Part shown: piece after piece, positions 1 through 13,000 of the stretch | How positions within the stretch are numbered: the stretch's first letter is position 1 | How the letters are laid out: every line of letters starts with the position of its first letter | Assembly (NCBI GenBank): GCA_030141605.1 | Contig: JAQGDQ010000066.1 | Coordinates: 310,001-374,000 of the forward strand | DNA: 64,000 nt | Origin: Tubiluchus corallicola | Lineage: Eukaryota; Animalia; Priapulida | Direction of reading: 5' to 3' | The notes under the pieces: generated by a model | Database searches by the model: none | The model's input: only the letters and a program-made list of their open reading frames with translations | What the model was told of the DNA's origin: nothing | Program-made: the position numbers and the translations under genes

Positions 1-825
1 AGTAACGCCAATAGGATTCAATTGGGTAACGTAGAACTTGCCATATGCTAGTTCCTGATTGCTACCAACAAGAGGAGCCTGAGGAACTCGCGCAATTGCG
101 TGCGAACCTTGTGCTGAAAAGGTATTTAACTGTGGTGCTTGAGGAACTGCAACAGGCTGCTGGTAATTTATTGGTGGTCCCACAAATCGTTGTTGAGGAA
201 GTACCTGATAAGGTCTTTGCTCTTGAGTGATAGCGTATGACTGAGGCAAGTTATTTCTGTCTGGGATATTTGGTTGCTTTTGGAATTTTCGGGCACGTTG
301 ATTCGGTTTCTTGCTTCGCCGCTCATTTTTAGGATTTTGATTTTGCAGTCTTTCATAAAAACTTGCATCTCGCAACTGAATATCAGGAACTCTGTCTAGA
401 TAGCGAATTTGGTTTTGTTGAATGTTTGGAATACGTTCTGGTAATCGCTGGTTGCGCTGTTGCTGATTTAAAATACGCTTATCAAATCGTGTTTCGGCTT
501 GTTGGCCCAGCTGCCCTAACTGCTGAGCAGATTGAAGGCCTTGTTGCTGCCTGTTTTGGACATTTTGAAAGCGCGCTTCATCTCTGTTCTGGTAGTTCGG
601 AACTTGTTCTAGACGTTGGTCATATCTTTGTTGGATGACAGGAACGCGTTCAGCAAAACGTTGACCCTGATTTTGATTATTTAGACTTCTGTCAATAAAT
701 TTTTGATCCCTCTCTTTTTGGTACTCAAGAAACTTCTCGTACTCTTCCTTACTTATATATACTTTGCCAATTTCAGGGCGTTTTCCATAATTCTTCACAT
801 TTTGGTTTCTTTGTGGAATCTGTTC
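1..825 (-). CDS. Large coding exon of the secreted Q/N/R/P-rich protein (275 codons, truncated by the window edge)
   Basis: Manually translated stop-free frame in AT-rich DNA: 51 of 275 residues are Gln, with no Cys, Trp or Met. AG acceptor at 826-827 on the minus strand. Confidence 0.88.
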
Positions 826-3800
826 CTGTAATTCAAATGTGAAATTTCGTGTGATTCGGACGACATCTATGCGGGAACACGTAAAATAAATAATTTTGAT
901 GAAAATTGTTTAATGCACTTCGCGTTCCTAAAATGTCTAAACTTTAATTCATGAGTCTCGTGACTTCATAATATACAAAGTTTCCCATGCAAACATAGCA
1001 AATATAAAATTTACAACAATTTTGTTTGTAAGATAAAAATGCTTTTAAAAATCTTATAAACATTATTAATACTATACCGTTTACTGCAAACTTACTGCAA
1101 ACTTCAAACATTTCGTTAATGCCGAATTCCCGATAAAATTTGTAGCAAGCAGATAGTAGCAACGCATTAAAAACATGCTAGCAATATAATACCAACCAAA
1201 CACTAAAGTTAATTAGCGAACAGAAAAAGCAATAGCATCAGTAGTAATAATTAGCAAAAGAACCAACACAAGCCATTAAAATGATTGCTTCCAGTGTTGA
1301 AAAATTTTACTGTAAATTTTATGGTTTGCTAAATTTGCATATGTTTATTAGTGACTGTTGAAACTTAAAAATGATTTTTACATACCTAATGATTTCTTTA
1401 GCATGATGCTCCAAAAGCACCAGAAACAATCATTAAATTTGGACACGTCTGTGACCCAGTTTGTGACCCAGTTCACACACGTTCGTCTATCATGAACGGC
1501 GGGACAGTTACGTGCGTTTCAGAAATCTAGAAAACTGTTTGGATAGTATAAACGGAAAAAATATGCCTTAACTTCAATTACGTACTTTGTCATTTCGCTT
1601 TACTGTTTCAGTTTGACAAGCCATACATAAATTTTGGCTTACACTAGCTGGAAAAATATAACTCTAACGTTCTTCAACAAAGTTCAGTTCTTTGAAGATA
1701 CGTTTTTTCAGATGAGATAGTACAAGAAAGAAAATCTATATAAAGTTCAATATTTATATCGACAAAAAGCTTACAAACTCTTTATCAGTAATGAACCTCC
1801 AAATTTAACTTCATGGAAAACTTCATTTTTGCAAAGAACTTAAAAGAATGAAATCATAAACAGCGGTGTAATTACGCAGCTAGTTTTGAATCAAGTTTCA
1901 ATCAATCCGTCCAATCCATTGTTAAATCCTATTTATTATCGAAGGAAAAACTACCGAATATAAATTAGAGTTAACAACAACCAAATAATTTATAATACTC
2001 AATAAGCTATTTTCGATTTTTAGATCTAGTACAGTACGCTATAATAGCGCCTACTGCTTAAATTTACTACTTGCGCGCTTTGCTTGTTTTACAGCTAACT
2101 TCTTACTGTTTTTTTTTCGTTATGTGTAATACCGATAAATAATGCTGATTACATGACCGATTAAAATAAACATTATAGCAAGCAAGTAAGCCAACGCGTC
2201 TATAGTATAACGACATTGTCAGTTCTTGCGAAAATGGTTGTGTCCACTATCCCAGTATCAAAGCCTGCAGTGAGCCTTCTTTCAACGAATTTTTTACATA
2301 AGCAGATGAAGGAGCTAGTGTAATCTCAAATTATTTTGAATGAACAAATTCTGCTCAGTCAAAGTTAATATCACGTTAAAAAGCCTAAACTCTTTAGAGA
2401 AAATGATAACCCAAAAAATTGGGATAAATTATTATAACAAAGCTGTTTTTGTCTTTAGGTTAGACACGGGCAAGAGTTCAGCAGAATCAAGAATCTAATC
2501 TCATAATTACAAGTCCATAACGTTTTTCTGTAAACCTACATGATATTTTAAGCAATAGACCTAATCTTTTTCTCATATCATGTGCATAAATAATTTTATT
2601 AGTCGCGAGTCTTGACGGTAGAGCTAATGTTAAGTAGCACTCATGTACCTGAATAATTAAATAAGGAACTCTGAATTGTTCCACATATGATAATATATGA
2701 GAGTCTTTTATTTGGAGTCAATTATTATAAAATGCCTGATACTAGTTGAACTTGAAAACAGCAACTATTTTTAATGGCTTTAATGGATTCTTGCGCATGA
2801 ATTAGGAAGACACCATGGAGATCTTATTGAGGTTCATAAAATACTGACTAATTTTGCCTAAAATTTTCTTTAATTTAGTTTTAATTCTAAAACTAGATGA
2901 CATAGTTTAAGCCTTTTTAAAGAGAGGTCACGTCTCAGCATTCGCAAATATGCATTTACTGTGAGAGTAGCGAACGAATGGAATAATTTGCCGGCCATGG
3001 GGATTACGTGCTAACTTTAGTAAAGTTTATCTCCTTAATTGACAATTGCTTTGTGGAAAAATATAGGGTTTCTATGACGTGTGCTCATTTAACCCCTAAT
3101 CGCGACAATATAACAGTATAACGTAAGTACCACGTAAAGTTCAATGTAATTGCTAATGCAAATTATACATAGATCAAGGAATGTAAATCGTGCGTGGTGA
3201 CAAGCAGAGATGTCGGCTGTCTAAACTTTATAACACTCGGTGGAGCTAATTTGTCAAAGAACCAACTGACTTACCACTATAATTGCGACATAAACTGTTA
3301 ATTTGAGACACTTAACTCCAAGCTAAAGCATTGGGAACTGACCCAAGTTGTGTGACTTTAATACACGGAAAGCAATTACTTAAATTACGGATTTTGTGCC
3401 CAAATTAGTGTCACGTACATATTACCCACGCAAGCGTACTAGGATATTACTTAGTTTACTTCCTAGTATTTAAATAGAAGTAGTTTAAAAATAATAAGCA
3501 ATAATCCAAACATAATTCGAAACACAAGGCATACAAATAAATATTGGGCGTTCGTTTTTACTATAAGAGCAAAGCAGTCACATTTTGTATAATACAGTAT
3601 GGATACAGTTTTAGCACGTATATATGTATATTTGTATTTGATGCGAAGACAATAACATTGTGAAAGCACTAAGCATGCATTTGTATAGAACAGATTCAAT
3701 CTAGGTAGGTCTTTCAGAAGTAAAAAATAATAAGTAACATTATTACATCTAATGAAGTTGAGTATTTCACAGAAAACAACAGTCTCCATTTATTTTTTTA

Positions 3801-5300
3801 TGTGTAATCGCCTCAAACGAGCGCAAGATAAAGGGCTACTTAGAAAGGTGGAAATATCAATGCATGTCCAGAAAAACAGCATTCACGACACTAACTTGCT
3901 GGTGTTAGAACGTATCTGTTGATGCTCTTTTTATAACGAGTAAGGTTGTGGTTAAAAGGGGGAAATTTTTCGACGAAGAATTCTATAAGTAGAGGCCCGA
4001 GAGAAAAAAATGCTTGTATAAGCAGCTGTTTTGTTTATGGATTTTTACCAGTATAAAAATGCTGGAAGCAGCATCAATAAGGGTACTACTGCAGTACTAC
4101 TAAACTATCGACAAGAAGAACCCAATGATCAAAGGCCCCAATGATCACAGAGGTTCAAATGCAGCAACTTTGACTGTTTAAAATTAAAATTTATGATGCG
4201 TTTTTGCGTGCCAAAAATTTGAATTTGCGTTAAACGAATTTACTTTACTTTATAAACCTATGAACACAGTCCTCGAACTTAATCAATTAATGATATTAGA
4301 GAAGTTTGACTCCCAATACTGAGAGTATTATAGGCGTAAATAGTTTATGCGCTCATAACGTTTGAGGTTAAAGCCATCATTGGGAAAGAGGTAGGGTTTG
4401 GGGGGGGGGGGGGCGTTAAGCTGAGGCATAGGCCTAGATTAAAATAACGGAGATCTATACGCGCACATATGTAGAGCCTAGAGTTTGCCTAATGGTGAAT
4501 GGTAAAGTAAATTATCACAATTAGAAAATGTTCGAAGCAGTCACAGAAGTAGACTAATGTAATCGTCAAACAACTGTAAACATATACGACACAAAAAAGA
4601 CAATAAAGAAAAACTATCCGTGCGTTTAGTTCTTTGACATTTTGAGTGCAAAAATTATGATTTGGATCGCCTAGATTATAATGATTGTTATGTTGAAACG
4701 TTGAAACAAATGTTAAGTTCGTAGGACGACTGTATTCCCAACAAACGCTTTTTAATTAGTCTTCATATATTATCCTATTCAGTCTGTTTTTTGGCGTCAT
4801 AGTGTAATCTGACCACAGTCATGGAGTGCGTGAATGTCTTGTTAATATTAGTAGCTATGCAAGCGAGCGATGCAACAAGCAGCATTAAGCTCCAGAAAAC
4901 TCAAGCAAATAACGGGTGAAAGATCAGGCGTTTTGTTAAAAAATCAAGCAAGCAGCGATATTAATTTCATAAAACGAAGTATGGCACCACAGCGAAAAAA
5001 CCCAATTTGCAAAAAAAGTAATTAATAGCTGTAGAACTTCGCAAACAATCTTAAACCAACAACAGATATACTTGAAAAAATGATGAATCGTTTAATACGA
5101 ACGGGCTTTTTATAAAGCACAAGTAACGAAGAACGTTGTTGGGTTTGTAAACATCGCGGTTTAAGATTATTTCGCGAGGTTTTAGTTGCTGCCACTTAGC
5201 CATTGTTCTGGTTAAGCAGTGTTCACACACATACCTTGTACTGCGCTGTACAGCTGCTCCACAGTGCGCAGATCAGCGCCAGCAACGCTGGTATCCTCAT
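1..5300 (-). CDS. Uncharacterised secreted Q/N/R/P-rich low-complexity protein, 5' part (coding exons 5300-5235 and 825-<1; gene continues beyond the left edge)
   Basis: Exon 5325-5235 has a poly-T/CAG acceptor, an in-frame upstream TAG, ATG at 5300 encoding MRIPALLALICALWSSCTAQYK (signal-peptide-like) and a phase-0 GTATGT donor. It joins in phase to the exon starting at 825 (acceptor ...aattacAG), which is stop-free for 275 codons to position 1 (EQIPQRNQNVKNYGKRPEIGK...YGKFYVTQLNPIGVT). Confidence 0.85.
2540..3050 (+). mobile_element. Decayed CR1-clade LINE, 3' end of ORF2
   Basis: Translates, with stops and frameshifts, to GRHHGDLIEVHKIL...KTR*HSLSLFKERSRLSIRKYAFTVRVANEWNNLP. This matches the CR1-type C-terminal motifs RGDLIxxYKI, TRGH and FSxRVVxxWNxLP. 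Confidence 0.8.
5235..5300 (-). CDS. Signal-peptide coding exon of the secreted protein
   Basis: ATG AGG ATA CCA GCG TTG CTG... gives MR + hydrophobic core (IPALLALICALW) + SSCTA|Q. Canonical acceptor at 5326-5327 and donor at 5233-5234. Confidence 0.85.
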
Positions 5301-5658
5301 CTCGACTTTGTAACTCTTCTACTTCCTGAAAAAAATAAAGTTTTGTTAACGCTTAGCTGTAGCTTTTTACCTATAAACAAAATTTTACGCATTGTAGTCA
5401 GTTCGACAATGCAACACAACCTTGCAAATTCTGTCATTGTTTTAAGCGTTCATGTAGATAACAATTATATAACACATAACAAGAATGTGACAGTTTAAAA
5501 TCACCAGAAAAATAATATTCTGACCCAAGGAATAATATAATACCAAAACATTACAGACTCGCAGCAGTGAAACTGACAAAAGTCCACATAATTTACAAAT
5601 TATCAAACAAAAATTAAAATATCACAATTTTCCTCAAATAAAGGAAAATTAAGCATAC

Positions 5659-5734
5659 CTAAGATTATTATTGCTGTTGTGTACACTCTTTCACAGAAGG
5701 GTAACTCTCGCCCGACACACACCACTAACAAAAT
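5659..5734 (-). other. Probable non-coding first exon (5' UTR) of the secreted-protein gene
   Basis: Begins at an Inr-like TCATTT 29 bp downstream of TATAAATA and ends at a TAG|GTATGC donor (GT at 5658-5657). A 333-bp intron leads to the acceptor at 5326-5327. Confidence 0.6.
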
Positions 5735-5810
5735 GAATGACCATTGAAATAACGGTATTTATACTTGGACTGGACAATCTCACGTGATATATGAATAATA
5801 GGGGTGGGTG
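5731..5810 (-). promoter_or_regulatory. TATA-Inr core promoter with upstream E-box and GT-box
   Basis: Minus-strand TATAAATA at 5763-5756, Inr TCA(+1)TTT with A at 5734, palindromic TCACGTGA at 5780-5787, GGGGTGGG at 5801-5808. Confidence 0.6.
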
Positions 5811-6984
5811 TGTAAACTTAACACCCACTATTCGAGTTTGCTTTTACAATATAACTCTTAATGTCTCTCCCATTAAGTATAAATACTAATTTACATAATA
5901 AAGTAATGAGAATTGTTGTTACCTAGCGAAATTAATGTTGCTGGGTTGATCAAAATTATGAAACACCTCCTCTCCGCGAACGCAGATATTTGTGCTGTGA
6001 CCTTTATCATATTGCGTGACCCACCAGTAAGTGTGACAGAGTCGACGACGACGCGGAAGGGGGACAATGACTTATAGAGCCGCGGGTAATGAATTGAGGA
6101 AGTCACTTGCGACGATTTCTGTACAAATAGTGTCCAAGTTACTTTACATTGAGATTGGTAAAGAGAAAAGTTGGCGGTTCCAAAAAATTCTCAAAAATAA
6201 ACAGAAATCGGAAAATAAAAAGTCTTTCACGAAAGGGTTCCACAGAATTCATTAGCAGCGACTCTGTGCGCATGCTCAAAACTTTGTAACAAACGGTATT
6301 GCCCAGTTTTCATTTTAAGGTGTAGGTCAGCCTTTGCATAGCTGAAGGAAAGATGAGCAGGCGAGTTGACATTAATTATCTACGAGTAATTATCTCACAA
6401 TGCATTCTTTTCCTGCTTGTCTCTGCTCTGTTTTTCACCCTTAGAAAGTGCAAAAGTGAAATGTTATACGTATACGTCAACTTAACCTCAAAAATCCCCT
6501 ATGGAAAGTGCAGGCGAATGATTTTAAGCTTTGTAGTTGACAGATTATTATCTTTCCACTAAAAATGCATTTGGTTGACAAAAAAGTGATCACACCCTAC
6601 CTCACTCATTACACTTTCATTCGTGCTTTAAGCGAATTTTGTCAGTTGTTAATTTCACTTTTGAATTAACAGGGAATATTAAAACTTACACTTTTCTTGG
6701 CAAAATTTATTTTTTACATGCACACTTGCAAACCGTGCAATTGGTATCTTATAAATCAAATGTAGTTTACAATTATGTAGAGGTCTCAGAGAGTTATAAT
6801 ATATGTGAGAAAACATATGTGATTTATTTTGGTTTCGAAAGTTCGGTTTCACTTGGAGTGAAATGGTGAACAGGCCTGTAAAACAATTACATTAAAAATT
6901 TTAGTATTAAAAACTCGTATCAAAAACTTCGACTTAGTACTGCACTTTATTTCATAGATGTTGTCTCTTGGTCAATTTTTGTTT

Positions 6985-7230
6985 TGGGACAATGTTCTTT
7001 TTTAATGGATAATGTTATTTTGTTTTTTATTGGACAATACTATTTTGTGACAATGTTGTTTTTCTTGGACAATGGTAATTTTTGGACAATGCTGTTGTGG
7101 TTGGACAATAATGTTTTTGGGGTGGCGTCATTTAAGGAACAACGGTGCGTATTTTTTAGACATTGATTTTTCATAATTTTGAGCGACACTGTTCTTCAAT
7201 GAACAATATCGTTTTACAACAATGTTCTTG
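6985..7230 (+). repeat. Degenerate minisatellite of ~20-bp T-rich units containing GGACAAT
   Basis: Repeated tggacaatg/ggataatg/tgacaatg cores separated by T runs. Confidence 0.6.
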
Positions 7231-9497
7231 GCAGGAAATATTGTTTGATTGACTGCGCTTTTGTTGTTCTCAGTAGAAAACTATGTCAAATGGAAAGTCT
7301 TATTTAAGGCTGTTCTGATGTCCAACAACCTATTTTTCTTTGCTTATTGAACATTATTGTTCGCGTGACGATTTTTTGCACGATGCAGTTTGTTAGACAA
7401 AATTAAACATTGTTTTTTTAGCAATGTCGTTTATTGGACAATTGTGAAATTCAATAAATTCTCAAGCAGCAAGTAAGCCTAATTTTGAGTGATGCCAATT
7501 TTTTTTATTTAATTTGATGAAAAGAAAGTACTGCAACAGTACAGTGACGGGGTTTTAAGATCGCGGTTTAGTATATTTGATTAATTACGATAGATCGTAA
7601 GTATTTAGTTAATCCGCTCAGCATGTATTGAATAATGTTATAAGAAGTCAATGTTATTTTAAACTGATCAACAAACGATTAAAGTTTAATGGAACAAAAA
7701 TACTATTGTACTAGTGTCAAAAGTTCGCTTTTTAAACAGAATAATAGCTGAGAAAATCTATAAGTGGCCTCACTAGTTGATATATAGAGTTCTACACGTG
7801 TAGTCGTGCATGGTACGCCTTTAAGCATGTGCGGCCCATGAAGAGTGACATTAAGTTCGAAATGTCATTAAGGTGTGACGGGTTTGTAATAAACTTACGA
7901 CACCATAGTCGAAACTACTGCAAAATAAACCTAGTTTAATTAAGAAAACAAACTCCTTTACGGAGTAGAAACGCAATAAATAGTCACGAATGTATTCGTA
8001 ATTTGGTTAATCGGTACTTCGTTACAGCATTAAATGCAGTAACCTTATCAGAGCGAACTATTTTGTCTAACAAAAATGTTCACTGTTTGCTGCTTAAAAA
8101 ACTCAATTCACATAGTTGCAACTGAGCAGATTTGGCTGTAAACTATAACTGTATTTACAATAATTAAGATGAAAATTAATTTATATTAGCAAATCAATAA
8201 GTAGACCTAATAAAGTAAAACTGTTTTCAAATTACGAAGTTAATAAAACATTTAACTCTCTCGCAGTAAACATGGTAATAATAACTATTATTCAGTTAAA
8301 GCTATTTTGCTGTAGCTAAATTGTGTAATCATATGTTTTATTCACGACTCTACTCTACATTCCACTGACACTGTTTCACTGCTTGACACTGACACTTGGT
8401 TTTATTATTGTAGCATGATAAAATGGTTTATTGGGCTGCCAATTTTGTAACACTTTCATAACTGTGACTTTTACAATAGGTCTATGACACAGAAAGATTG
8501 AATGATAGCAATTCACATTTAATACTGCGCTCTGTTGGTTACCCTAGCCTGAGCAGTTTTTGTGGCGCACCTTTAACATTACGCCAACAGCACGCAAAAT
8601 TGATGTTTTTCACAGAATTTACAACTTCCTAATAAGAAAATAAGAGACGGTACAAATATAACCACAATAAAAATATACTACTATTATGTTGTTAAAAACT
8701 TTTAACTGTGCACATAAAAAGTCATTACCGTATCTAGAGCTGAGTGACAGCCCTTAATGAGCTGTTGCAGAAACATAATTCACAGTAACAGAAGAAAATA
8801 ACTGATTACGACTACCCCCGTCAGAATTTCCTGAAAAACAGTTCCACCAAAACTAAAAAAATGTGTTAAACAATATGAAGGTTGATCGCTTACCTAAACG
8901 TTTGTTTACCAAAATGTTTATAACCTGAACAATCAATTCTTGCAAAAATGCCTTTTCATAATCGATACACGGAAACATATTAATAACTAAATACCCAGAA
9001 TCTTAAAAATTTATTTAAATTTCAGTTGGGTTCGTGTTGAAAACCCAAAAACCTGAATGTAATTTGCGTCTAAAATTTGGTAAATCTGAATTATTTAAGA
9101 GTGATATCTGCTTGGTAGTACATTTTCTTGATCCCGCAAAAAACCAGTACACATTTGTATGGATCTTTGTGTAACAGGTATTTTAAACCGTTTGAGGATG
9201 CGCAGATTGTCTTCCCTACATGTAATTGTTAACAATGGAACTCGCCGCCTTTTCTATGGGGTTATTGAATTCCCTAAAGATCCTATTTGTAACTAAGCAC
9301 GTCCATAAAATCTTGTACTTAATCATTCTTATGTGTAACAATAAATTGTTTAACTGCTTCATTTCGTCAGGGTTTAAATGACTTTCCATATTGTCATTAA
9401 CTTTTTGTATTGTTCGTACACATTCTTACCATTAGCCCAGATATACGCACCTCCTCGCACAATTACTTGTGGTGTGTTAATAAATGCATTTCCTTTT

Positions 9498-10030
9498 CAA
9501 CGCTTCGGCCACAGACTATAACGATTTCCAAACAACTAAAAATTAAAGTTTCACGTTCTAAAAGGTTTGTAATGCGTTAGTAAGTTTTTATTAATGTATT
9601 TTCGATAGCACTGTCTTTTCAGTAAACATTAGCTTTGCAACGTTTCGGCCACAGACTATAGCCGTTTCCAAACAACTAAAGATTATAGTTAAACATTCTA
9701 AAAGATTTCTGGCGCGTTAGTAACTTTTTTATCACTGTATTTTCGTTATCACTGTTTTTTTCAGTGAATTTAGCATTGCAAAGTTTCGGCTGCAGACTCT
9801 GACCATTTTAAGCAACCAAAGGTTAAAAGTTTAATATTCTAAAAGCAACACTCTACAATTGATAATTATAAGGTCTAGAATGCCGCTTTCAGAATGTTAA
9901 ACTTTGATCTTTGGTTGCCTGAGAACGGCCAGGAGTGGGTGGCCAAAACTTTGCAGAGCTAATACTTAATACAACAGTGTTAAAAACAAGTTTTTTGATC
10001 AGTGTAATTTCATTATTTTAAACGCTAGCA
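9498..10030. repeat. Three tandem ~140-bp units followed by an inverted copy (foldback-like element)
   Basis: Units start caa(c/a)g(c/t)ttcggc at 9498, 9638 and 9779. Region 9889-9962 is the reverse complement of the unit core. Confidence 0.8.
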
Positions 10031-13000
10031 CCTTTGCATGCGGCGCCTAACTTGTTTCTGTAAAAGACTAACATATTATGCTTCAAGAACCGCAATGAAC
10101 AATGAAGCATTTTTATTAAACTTTATAGGCCATTGTTTACCCTAAAACCTATGCAGAGTAACATACAATACCTCAAATCATGCTAGCTTATTTTGGCAAT
10201 CAAATACAACACCAGCCGACAACAGGAACCGCTTACAAGTAATTGTTACCTCAATCGTTATTAGACATTGAAACAGGAATCTTATTAAAGTTGAATGTTG
10301 ACCAGTATATACGTCCAAACAGCAAGCCTTTTTAAAAGTAGTTTTTGAATGTCCTCTCCAGCCTGCCTCCCTATTCATTGTCATCTTCCGGTCTTACCCT
10401 GCAAAGAGGTGCAGACCAGATCTTGGAATTATACTGATTTCTATTATAAGCAGCTAATTCTCACATATAGAGTGATTCAAAATATCGAATTCATCAAGCA
10501 ACTTCAGAACTGACTTCCCGTGGATTTTTTATCGTCTGAACTGGAGACTAAATTAAGCCAGAATAAGAAGCTGTTTTGGAATTTGTTGTGATTTTAGCTT
10601 GATTATCATACGTATTATAGTTTCCATTTTTTTACTTTTATCATTTTAGTTTGTATATAACACGTACGTGTGATGCTTTCTAACTAAAGATGCTCATTAG
10701 CAACTAACAAAAAATAAATATGTAGGCCTAACCAATTACAACATAAACAGGTGAATAAGTCGATAGACTTGAACACCGTAACGCCATAAAAATATCTAAG
10801 CTATAGACTCGGTTTTGTTAACACTTTCCTTTGCATTCTACACTCTATTTTTATTGTGCTTGTAAAAAATAATATTTCAGTTTGCCTTTGTATATTTTAT
10901 ATGACAATAAACTTGTAAACTTATAGGAACCCCTGTCAAGAGCATACCCTAACATAAAATCTTTTTTGAGTTGATATCGTTATATATCTTGTCTCTAAAC
11001 GCTCCAAATGGGTTCTAGTTACCACTTACTACTTACTACGGTGTTTGAAATTAACTTCGGAATCGATATAATGGTTTGCGAAGGTAGAAAGAGGGTTGGG
11101 CTCAAGCCATCCTTTTTACTATGGCCTTGCTTATGAACAGAGTGCTTCGTAAGTATATCTTTAGAATGTCGAGAGATTCTACTTATGAGAAGTTATAGTT
11201 GGCCCTTGATGACATCGTTATACACTGTCATGTGTTGCTGATTTTATTTATTACGTTGAGGGGGCGCTTTAGCTGTATTCAGTGAATTCTGTTTTTTTCC
11301 AGTTGGCGTTTTCATTACGTTAGTTTTCATGTAATTAGTTAAAAGAAATTTTTATATTAAAATGATTTTAAATTCCCCACGTAGTGTATTCGTCAATTGC
11401 AGGCTTAACTCTTGACACCCTTGAATTTTTTAATTTTTTAGCTGGCCTAATACAAACTATACTAAAGTAGCTTCTTTGTTTGTACTAATTATTTCTATTT
11501 GTTCAGTAGCTAGTACGTTGCGATGCCTGTAAAATGAAACTATTGCATGTATCCGTGCTGACTTTCTGGAAAGCAATATAAAAGTGGTTTCGAACATACA
11601 CCTTCAATGTAAAGAAAGATGATGATTAATGAAATACTGTTGTAAACCTCCAAGCATTTACAGCATAAAAGACTAAAATCAACAATGAAGTCGTACAAGA
11701 AATTTGAAATTATGAAATCAAATCACTATCATACATTCTTTAAATCAACTAATAAAGTAACTATTATTTACAGTTCGCAATTAAAAAAATGTAATTCCTG
11801 ATACAAATTGAATTAATAAAGTAAATTAAATAAAGCCTAATTACAGTTTTTAAATAGGGACAGCTTTCCTAATAAATACATCAGCTGTGATTAATTTGAG
11901 CAATAACTAAAACATACAATAACTGGATAATCTTGTTCAGCCTTTTTACGTTTTTAACTTTTACCCGCCAGATGGCAGTGGAAGTAGCACTCTTGGTGCA
12001 TTTAGAGGTGCTCTTGCATTGCGTTAAAGTATACGCCGAAGAAGTACAGAAGAGGTACTCCAAGTGCACACGTGACTCGTGCTTTGAACGTTTTGCTAAA
12101 TTCTAGTCTAAGTACCTGTGCATTTTACAAAATTTATTATTCATGCAAATATTAGTAATATATTATTTTTATAAACATTCAAAACAGATTAATCAAATGA
12201 AATCACGACCTAATGCGTTTGAACGAAAAAATAACGCGAAATAAATCGAAACAAATGTACATCGCTGAAAACGTTTCTTCAAGGGCATTAATATTAATGA
12301 TTTCACTTCTCTGCTTTAGTCATTGTTTCATAAGTTGTTTGTTTCTCGTCTCAACCACAATTTCAATAGTAAGTCCTCGTATAGTATTACTGAGTACATA
12401 CTTTTCATAAAATTTTCTTAAGTGTCAGATAGAGTCTGTGATTAAATGTTCTTGTTTGTTTCAGAACTTTCCTTATCATTATATGTATCACTCAAGACCA
12501 GTGTTGAACTGCTGCATCTTTTGCATTACTGTAGAATTCGACGAGCATTAGTCTTCACATTAGATCAACTACCGTCTTAGTGAGTTTTCAAAAGTTTTGT
12601 CTTCTAACACAGTTTTAATAATACTGATCACATTCACTTTGTAACTATATATAAGTAGTTAGCCATTTCATCATCATGACGGAGCAATCAATATCAGTGC
12701 AGCAAGCAAGCTTAATATTAGTGTCAAATGTTCCAAGCCATCACAATAACTGCTGACTCCTCTTGAATACTTTTTTGACCGCCAGATGGCATTGGTATGA
12801 TTTGTAGGTGACCATCGATTGCAGTACGATTCATCACAGCAAGAAACACATTCCTAAAAAGAAATACAGTTAAGAAAGTTTCATAATTATTCCTTTTATG
12901 GTTCTTAGCCAATCAAAGTAGCCAATTTCATAATCGCCATGCTGTTAAAATAGGACACGCTGTGACATTTAGTTTATCTGTCTGTTTGTTTGTCTGCGTG

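Noticed and set aside
45-638. Plus-strand ORFs 45-230 and 363-638, and minus-strand ORF 168-368
   Set aside because: They are antisense or out-of-frame shadows of the real 275-codon minus-strand exon 825-1.
9100-9480. Possible minus-strand non-LTR reverse transcriptase fragment (EEVRYLG-like after a frameshift)
   Set aside because: Only one weak motif that needs a frameshift; not enough to call.
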